Positions 57,290-64,000 of a DNA stretch of 64,000 bases are shown piece after piece. Source of the stretch: Candidatus Parcubacteria bacterium (GTDB lineage Bacteria > Patescibacteriota > Patescibacteriia > CAIXNZ01); contig JAPLYG010000009.1 in assembly GCA_026395685.1 (NCBI GenBank), positions 17,519 to 81,518 on the forward strand, written 5' to 3'. Every line of letters starts with the position of its first letter. Position 1 is the stretch's first letter. The position numbers and the translations under genes were made by a program. The notes beneath the pieces were generated by a model. That model searched no databases and was not told where the DNA came from. It saw only the letters and a program-made list of their open reading frames with translations.

Positions 57290-60200
57290 TTAGTCTAAAT
57301 TAAGCGATCCTACTTTCTGTACATTTTCTATTGAATTATTACTGTTCAGGAAATCCGATAATGAGGCATTAGGATTTTCTTTTAGTAATTGACCAAATTG
57401 TGCGCCGAGCTGATTAGCTTGAATATCATTGAAATCATATTTTTCCCGTCCAGATGTAAAAATAATTTCCCAGTTTTCAACTAAATTACCAAGAACATTT
57501 ACAGTTTCTGGCCCAAACATATAAGATAACAAGGCAGAGGCAAAAAAATGCTGTAATTTATCTGTATTATCCAAAAAAGTATCAGTAGTATATTGTCCAA
57601 ATAATCCGCTAGGCAAATCGAAAATCCTCTCTTTCCTATCTTTGTTATTTACATCAGCACTGTTAAAACTTGTCCTCGTAGCTTCCATCATAACATATAA
57701 TGTTTCCTCTGTATTTCCACCTGTTAAATTATTAGCATAATTATAAATCTTATTCAAGCCTTGTATATTACTATCGCCAGATTGCATGTTTAAATTATTC
57801 TTCACGAAATTATTTGTTAAACTTACATTCAAAATTGTGAAAATTCCCACTGGCCCCTCACCTGTTGGATCTACATAAACAAAGGGCCTATTGGCCACAT
57901 AACTATATGAATTCAAACTCTGCGGATCTATTAAAATATCAAATGATTTTTTACCATACTTCTTTCTCAAATCTGTTCCCATATCCAAAAACATCGGATC
58001 CTCGCTCACAAACCTCCCCGCTTCCCCGCTATAATACCTCGCCCCAAAGTACTGCAATCCCGACGAGTCGGTTTCAATTTCCTTTTGGGTGAATTTTTTC
58101 CTTTGGTCAAAAGACCCGTTTTCAGGATCGCTTTGTTCGTTAAAGCGCATATTGCCAAATGGATAGTAATCAACTACCTGCTCAACATCCCCGTCATCCT
58201 TAGTCATGACACTGCTTGATGTCAAATGGTCGTCATGGACATAATATTCATTGCGATTTGTTCCGTCGTCTGTGATCGTCAGCACAAGCTGGTTATTGGC
58301 GTAAACATTTTCAGTAATTGTCTCATCCTCGCCGACAATCTTTTTATCAAAGTATTTATTGGGATAAACAATAATTTCGCTTCCAGAATCAATGTCCTTG
58401 ATTATCCTTTGTCCAGCATGATCGTAACCATAACTTGCAGGAGTTGCCCAAATTCCGTCGCTTGTCGCCATTCGGTTATTATAATCCCAATCCGCCTCAA
58501 AAACAGTATAAGCTCCGAGTGTTTCCGCATCCATATTGCCATTATTATCATAACTCACCTCCACACCTAAATCCGTGAAATCCGTAACAGCATGCGGGTT
58601 TGCGTATAAGCTTCCTGTATTCCCGTTGTACTCGTAGTCCCCGACATCTGATTTTGACAGGATATTGCCTAAGCTGTCATAAGTAAATGTCTGCGTGTAG
58701 TCATCCTCCGTCGCCGAATCCGTAATCGTCGCTGAAGTTAATCTGTATAAATCATCATATGCATAAGCGGCATTCTTTCGGGTATTTGTTTCAGATTGAT
58801 CAACAATTTCAGTAATATTGCCCACATCATCGTAAGTATAAGCTAAATCCTGAATACGCTTTCCCGCCATCACGAAATAATCATTCCCATTCGTCCACTC
58901 GCCCTCATTATCCGATTCATCCCACAGTTTAATTCTCCAGTAATACTTCATCCCATCTAGCATTAAAGCATCCCCGCCATAGCTGATATCCTCGGATCTA
59001 TCTCCTTCATCTACTGAATTTGTGAAAGCAGTCTTGCCGGAATCCCAAATCGGATCATTCCAATTACCGTCATACTTAATCACTTGGATTTGATAATCAG
59101 TTGCGGAATCCCCAGTATCAGGATCATCATAAATCGCTGATAATTCAGGAGTAGTGTCAGAAATCTTAGTCGCCTGCTGGGGCCACAATCGCACCTGATC
59201 CAGCTTGATCCAGCTTGTTTCCTCACCCAAATAGAAAATCAGCCGAGCGTCGGATTCCGTTACATTCGGAGTCAGCTCAATCTGGAATTTGGCAAATTCA
59301 CCGTTATTCCAGACAGTGTCAAATGGCACGACTGAACTTATCTCACTAAAGGGGTTGTAATTCAGGGTTATGGCTGCTCGGGCTGTCCTGGGATCGTAAT
59401 TCTCTGAATGGGCGTAAAATGTAAGAATATAGGTTTGGTCTTCAACAACTGAAATCGGCTGGGCAAGAGACACTTCCCAGTATCCTCCGCCGGTTGTCAC
59501 AGTTACTTTGTCGCAGGAATTGCCATCATAAGACTCGGTATCGTCAATCGCATTGGTTCCCGTTCCGTCCGGATAACCTTTACTGGTGAAGTACCAGGTA
59601 TTGCCCCAGTTTTCAAAGCTCGGATCGGTTATCATGTTCAGATCATCAGGAGTCAAGGAAACATCATCAATCCAGTATGTTCCCGCATTGTCGCCCAGAT
59701 GGAAAGTAATAATGGAATTTTCATCATCAACCGCAACTGTGAAAGTATAGGAGTATTCCTGCCAATCAGTTCCGGCTTCTATTGTTCTGTAAATGCCCTG
59801 CTGGGTCCAGGGTGAATGGTTTTGGTAAGCCTGAATGAAAAATTCTGTTGCGGTTGAAGCCTTGGCCCAGAATTTCCAGGTGTAATTTTTGCCGGCAAGC
59901 AATTTGACCGACTGGCCCACATGCACTTCCCAGGGCTCGCCTGTTGTGGATACAATCACTTTTTCCGAACATGATCCGCTGTGCGATACTGTGCAGTCTT
60001 CAGTATGCGTCGCATCCAGCTCATTCTGCCAGTTCCAGCTGTCAAATCCGTCCTCAAAGCCGGAATTGTACAGGATATTCGCGCTTTTCCATAAATCTTC
60101 GGACAGCAGGTCTGTTGATGGATCAGGAGGATTGACGCTTAAAAGCATATTTTCGCCCAGGCTTTCTTTTTGTTTTTCCAGAAAATCAATCATTCCCTGG

Positions 60201-63200
60201 GGCAAGTATTTTAATTCAGGCTCTTTTTGAGATTCTTTCGCCTTATCAAACATTTCAATTGCTTCTTTGGGCAAAGGTTCGGGTTTGACATTGGGATCGT
60301 ATTTAACATAAATTGTTTCGTCTTTAGGATAGTTGTCATAGCGGACAGGACGGCCCAGAAAGTCGCGCTTAACCTTGTTTGCGGATTTTTCATTACTGCT
60401 TGCCTCCTTGATATCCGTAGATCCGTAGCCAATCTGTAGATTAGTAACAATATCAACGCCAGGCAGAGTTTCCAGAAAACCGCCGACTGCCTGACCAACA
60501 GAAGCTAACGGATTGCCAATAAGGGTTGCGGGTGTACTGGATTCTTCGTCCCGCGCCGCGGGACTCTGAATGACAGTGGGTGGTGCGGCAATCAAGGATT
60601 CTTCGTCCCGCTCCGCGGGACTCTGAATGACAGAGGAGGTCGCCATCATCAATCCTTCGCCGTAGTCGCCCTCATCAGGACTTGCCGTTATTTTCTCTTT
60701 CAAACGATACAGCTTGGCCTCGTCATAGTCATTGAATGTTTTCACTCCATTGGCGTTTTCCTGGTACGCGACCTGCTCCAAAGGCGAATAATCATAATCG
60801 CTCACAATATCGCTAAACGACTCTTCGCCATCAGGCTTGCTCTGCACTTTTTCCAAAAGACCTGCAGTATTGTAAACATACTGAACTTCATCGTCATTGG
60901 GATAGGTAATCAAAATCTGGTTTCCCTGGCGATCATAGCCATACTCGGTCAAATAATTCGTAGAATCAATATTTTTATTCTCGGTCTTAACCCCGCCTAA
61001 AGCATTGTAAGTATAAGTTGTCACAACATCAGCTGTTGTCGCCGTGTACAATCTGCCAATCCCGTCAGTGCCGGTGTCATAAACATAAGCCACTTCGGTT
61101 CCGCTTTGGCCCGTGTAATTCTCGGTTAAAACGCGGTTGATGTCGTCATACGACCAGTTGACTGTCTGGTTTTTCGGATCTACGCGCGAAGTTAAATTTC
61201 CCGAATCATCATAGCCGTATGTCCATTCGCCGAAAGTCTCGTCTTCAGGATCATGCAAATCTTCGGCTGTGAGCCTCCTGCCAAGTCCGTCATAAGTGAA
61301 ATTGCGAATATTGTCCTGCGAATCTTCAATTTGAGTTAAATTGCCCAAGCCATTATAGGCGTAATTTGTGGTATAAGTATTAGCGCCATTATGTTCGTCA
61401 ACCTGGATTAAATTGTCATAAGCGTCCTTGTACAAATCCTTGACATTGCTTTCCGCGTCAGTAATCGTCAGTTTCCAGTCATCATAGGTATTGGTCGTTG
61501 TTCCAACCGCGTTGGTCGCTGTTAAAACCCTTTGCAAGGGATCATAAGTGTAGGAAGTATATAACGCCGTATCAGTGGTCGCCGTTGTCTGAGCTGAACC
61601 TGTGGAAAAGTACGGCAAAGATTCCTTGTCTAAAAGACCAACGTCATTGTAAGCGTAATCTTTGGCTGAATAAGTATTTGAAGCCTCAGACTCTTTACGC
61701 TCCTGAATTTTCCTGCCAAATCCGTCAAGATAAGTGTAAATATCAAAACTGGTTGAAGAATCAAGATTATTTGTCTGCTGAACTTTGGTTGGCACAGTGT
61801 TATCGGTATAAGTGTATTCTGTTTTAATAACCAAAGTGCTCGGAGTAGACAGATAAGGCTGTTTTTCCTGCTTTACCCTATCCAAAGCGTCATAGACCGT
61901 CTGGAATACCCGGCTGTTGGGATCAGTCACTTGCGTCGGCTTACCCAAAGAATAATCATATTCATAATCCGTATCCTGGTCTAAAGCATTTGTTACTGTG
62001 GCAGGATATAAATTATATGTGTCATAAGTATAATCAGTTGTCTTGTCCTGCGGATCTTTTTCTTGAGTTACTAATCCGTACGCATTATATGTTTTTTCAA
62101 TATCAATATAGCTTGTGCCTGACTTCCACATTTCCTGCTTTGTTAAATTGCCTTCGTCAACATTGCCCAAAGTTAAACTATCATAATAATATTTAGTTTC
62201 TTTAACTTTATTGGAACTCTGGTCAATTGTAGTTTCCTGGCTGGGCAAGCCAATAACATCACTGCCGGTAGTGGCGGCATAATCAATGTCAGTAGTATAT
62301 TTATCAGACCCCGTATCCGTGAATGTTCCATTTGAATTGCCGGAAACTTCGCCCCAGGTTATTTTCTGGGTCAGATTGCCGTTATCATTGTCATATGCAT
62401 AAGTCTCGGCCGTGTCCTTATGGCTGGTATTCCCGTCAAAAGCAAAGCCGATTGTCTGGGTCTGCTTCACAAAGTCCCTGTCATCACCCAAATCGTAATT
62501 TTCCCATTTATTGACGCTAAAACGGAAAAGATTGGCGCTGTCATCATAGATTTCCGTGCGGTACGGCTTGCCGATTTTTGACGCGTCATCCAAATACTCG
62601 CCGTTGCCAGTATCAGTACCATTGCCCTGATGGAAAAAAGTCATAGCTACATTGCCGTCTCCATCAACTTTGGCAATCTGATTAAAGCCTGCGAATTTGC
62701 GGTTCAGATAGTCTTCATAATAATAATCCCCGCCGACATAAAAATACGATTCAGATGAGAGATTATCAAAACTGTCGTTGTATTCAATATAGTTTACTGT
62801 CTGGACAGCAAAAGGCAGGTCAGGATTTTGCAAACTGTCATTTTCAATATATTGTGGCGAGGCTTTATAGGTTACGCTAAACTCTCCGCCTTTGGCATTG
62901 GTTGATTCGGAAAGTAAGTCGGCTTTAAACCCCATATTCAACACGACCCCGCCACCTATAGTCGGAGGTGGGTTACTATTTTTATAACCATATATAATAT
63001 CGGGCAAACTATCTCCATTAATGTCTGAAATATGTACACCATTACCATTGCTATTATTGAGAACTCCTCCGAACAGAGGGATATAACTTGTATTCTGTTG
63101 TAACCATCCGTGCCCTGTATTTATAAATACTCTATGTATACCTGGGGAAGAAAGATAAAGTGATTGGACTAAATCGGTCAGGCCATCCCCATTTACATCA

Positions 63201-64000
63201 GCCGCACGAACACCATTATCAATCGGATAAGCATACCAGTCTGCCCAATCCTCATAAAAAATAACTGGAGCTATTAAATTTTCATCCTCTATCCAACCTC
63301 CGTTACCGTCATTAATATATGTGGCCTGCTCAATCCGATCCAATTCCGGATGTTCATACATTGCGTGCCAATACCAAGAACGCATGACATCCTCTAAACC
63401 ATCTCCGTTAAAATCCGCAATAATTGTCCCACTTCTTAAATCAGCTGGCGGGACTAGATTTGTTTGGATTGCCCATGTATTATCGCCATTGTTTAGTGAA
63501 ACTGATCCTGAAATTGGATCATCGGGCTGCCAACCTGTTGGTTTATATCCTTGAATAATATCTGGCAGACCATCTCCATTTATTTCCGCAAAAAATGTCC
63601 CATGAGATAACAATGATTGTGCACTGCCAAAAGTAGGTATATAATCAATATTTTGCATTGACCAGCCAGTACCTGTATTAAAATATATTTTATGGATACT
63701 TGATGGCGAAGCACCTAAAGACTGGACCAAATCAGTTAAGCCGTCACCATTAACATCAGCCGCCCTAACTCCATTATCATATGGCCAGCCATTCCAGACT
63801 TCATCATAATAAAAAATTAGAGGCGGAGCTAATTCTTCACTTTCAATCCAACCGCCATGTCCGTCATTAAGATATGTTGCAATCTCATCAGGATCTTCAT
63901 TCTGAGGACTATATGATCTTAAAATGTCAGGCAAACCATCGCCATTAACATCGGCTACAATTACACCCTTGCGTAAATCACAAGGTGGATACCAGTCTTC
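57290..64000 (-). CDS. giant polymorphic-toxin-like surface protein (FG-GAP-like repeats, YD/RHS repeats, two CBM4/9-like modules, RHS core ending NSYSYVANRPFVYVDPTGE, ~210-aa unclassified C-terminal domain). N-terminus lies beyond the window edge
   Basis: Repeated DVNGDGLxD, many YxYDxxGNL YD repeats, GFEDGFDSWNWQ and DPSFENWGNTWYF CBM-like starts. The reading frame stays open through 63935-64000. Confidence 0.85.
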   Translation of the reverse strand, partial: EDWYPPCDLRKGVIVADVNGDGLPDILRSYSPQNEDPDEIATYLNDGHGGWIESEELAPPLIFYYDEVWNGWPYDNGVRAADVNGDGLTDLVQSLGASPSSIHKIYFNTGTGWSMQNIDYIPTFGSAQSLLSHGTFFAEINGDGLPDIIQGYKPTGWQPDDPISGSVSLNNGDNTWAIQTNLVPPADLRSGTIIADFNGDGLEDVMRSWYWHAMYEHPELDRIEQATYINDGNGGWIEDENLIAPVIFYEDWADWYAYPIDNGVRAADVNGDGLTDLVQSLYLSSPGIHRVFINTGHGWLQQNTSYIPLFGGVLNNSNGNGVHISDINGDSLPDIIYGYKNSNPPPTIGGGVVLNMGFKADLLSESTNAKGGEFSVTYKASPQYIENDSLQNPDLPFAVQTVNYIEYNDSFDNLSSESYFYVGGDYYYEDYLNRKFAGFNQIAKVDGDGNVAMTFFHQGNGTDTGNGEYLDDASKIGKPYRTEIYDDSANLFRFSVNKWENYDLGDDRDFVKQTQTIGFAFDGNTSHKDTAETYAYDNDNGNLTQKITWGEVSGNSNGTFTDTGSDKYTTDIDYAATTGSDVIGLPSQETTIDQSSNKVKETKYYYDSLTLGNVDEGNLTKQEMWKSGTSYIDIEKTYNAYGLVTQEKDPQDKTTDYTYDTYNLYPATVTNALDQDTDYEYDYSLGKPTQVTDPNSRVFQTVYDALDRVKQEKQPYLSTPSTLVIKTEYTYTDNTVPTKVQQTNNLDSSTSFDIYTYLDGFGRKIQERKESEASNTYSAKDYAYNDVGLLDKESLPYFSTGSAQTTATTDTALYTSYTYDPLQRVLTATNAVGTTTNTYDDWKLTITDAESNVKDLYKDAYDNLIQVDEHNGANTYTTNYAYNGLGNLTQIEDSQDNIRNFTYDGLGRRLTAEDLHDPEDETFGEWTYGYDDSGNLTSRVDPKNQTVNWSYDDINRVLTENYTGQSGTEVAYVYDTGTDGIGRLYTATTADVVTTYTYNALGGVKTENKNIDSTNYLTEYGYDRQGNQILITYPNDDEVQYVYNTAGLLEKVQSKPDGEESFSDIVSDYDYSPLEQVAYQENANGVKTFNDYDEAKLYRLKEKITASPDEGDYGEGLMMATSSVIQSPAERDEESLIAAPPTVIQSPAARDEESSTPATLIGNPLASVGQAVGGFLETLPGVDIVTNLQIGYGSTDIKEASSNEKSANKVKRDFLGRPVRYDNYPKDETIYVKYDPNVKPEPLPKEAIEMFDKAKESQKEPELKYLPQGMIDFLEKQKESLGENMLLSVNPPDPSTDLLSEDLWKSANILYNSGFEDGFDSWNWQNELDATHTEDCTVSHSGSCSEKVIVSTTGEPWEVHVGQSVKLLAGKNYTWKFWAKASTATEFFIQAYQNHSPWTQQGIYRTIEAGTDWQEYSYTFTVAVDDENSIITFHLGDNAGTYWIDDVSLTPDDLNMITDPSFENWGNTWYFTSKGYPDGTGTNAIDDTESYDGNSCDKVTVTTGGGYWEVSLAQPISVVEDQTYILTFYAHSENYDPRTARAAITLNYNPFSEISSVVPFDTVWNNGEFAKFQIELTPNVTESDARLIFYLGEETSWIKLDQVRLWPQQATKISDTTPELSAIYDDPDTGDSATDYQIQVIKYDGNWNDPIWDSGKTAFTNSVDEGDRSEDISYGGDALMLDGMKYYWRIKLWDESDNEGEWTNGNDYFVMAGKRIQDLAYTYDDVGNITEIVDQSETNTRKNAAYAYDDLYRLTSATITDSATEDDYTQTFTYDSLGNILSKSDVGDYEYNGNTGSLYANPHAVTDFTDLGVEVSYDNNGNMDAETLGAYTVFEADWDYNNRMATSDGIWATPASYGYDHAGQRIIKDIDSGSEIIVYPNKYFDKKIVGEDETITENVYANNQLVLTITDDGTNRNEYYVHDDHLTSSSVMTKDDGDVEQVVDYYPFGNMRFNEQSDPENGSFDQRKKFTQKEIETDSSGLQYFGARYYSGEAGRFVSEDPMFLDMGTDLRKKYGKKSFDILIDPQSLNSYSYVANRPFVYVDPTGEGPVGIFTILNVSLTNNFVKNNLNMQSGDSNIQGLNKIYNYANNLTGGNTEETLYVMMEATRTSFNSADVNNKDRKERIFDLPSGLFGQYTTDTFLDNTDKLQHFFASALLSYMFGPETVNVLGNLVENWEIIFTSGREKYDFNDIQANQLGAQFGQLLKENPNASLSDFLNSNNSIENVQKVGSLNLD

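Noticed and set aside
1-64000. CRISPR arrays, rRNA genes, prophage or integrase genes
   Set aside because: No regularly spaced identical direct repeats with unique spacers. No rRNA-like conserved blocks. The only mobile-element gene is the IS200 tnpA.

Overview
AT-rich (~35% GC by eye) bacterial window with short intergenic spaces and almost every gene on the minus strand. Identifiable content, in order: a P-type ATPase and small membrane/secreted proteins; an ABC-F ATPase; tRNA-Asn; the dnaG-rpoD (MMS) operon; a surface-glycan cluster (O-antigen-ligase-like, GT2, two GT4, Wzx-like flippase); a CIRCE-controlled heat-shock operon hrcA-grpE-dnaK-[DUF3467]-[unknown 427 aa]-dnaJ; a MacB-type ABC exporter set (two FtsX-like permeases, ATPase, HlyD-like adaptor, AbrB-like protein); tRNA-Glu; murF and a PBP2/FtsI-type transpeptidase; SPFH protein; queH; rarA; rpmG; tRNA-Thr, tRNA-Tyr, tRNA-Thr; tpiA; M16 peptidase; dodecin; glyQS; frr; holB; an IS200-type tnpA. 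The 3' end of the window holds the most notable locus: the 3' part (>2200 codons, N-terminus off-window) of a giant FG-GAP / YD-RHS / CBM-containing polymorphic-toxin-like protein with an unrecognised C-terminal domain after the RHS DPxG motif. It is followed by a small membrane-anchored putative immunity protein, an ~800 bp orphan near-duplicate of an internal toxin-gene segment, and the IS200 transposase. Other unusual signals: a ~340 nt promoter-to-terminator unit on the plus strand with no ORF (candidate ncRNA) inside the glycan cluster; two GC-rich plus-strand genes with canonical promoter/SD/terminator set into minus-strand operons (one inside the heat-shock operon); dispersed families of long imperfect-palindrome repeats sitting directly upstream of start codons; tRNA genes flanked by tRNA-derived partial duplications; and a repeated TGCTATAAT-N8-ATG leaderless promoter architecture. 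The compositional and architectural picture suggests a reduced-genome, possibly Patescibacteria/CPR-like organism, but that is inference only. No rRNA or CRISPR array was seen.
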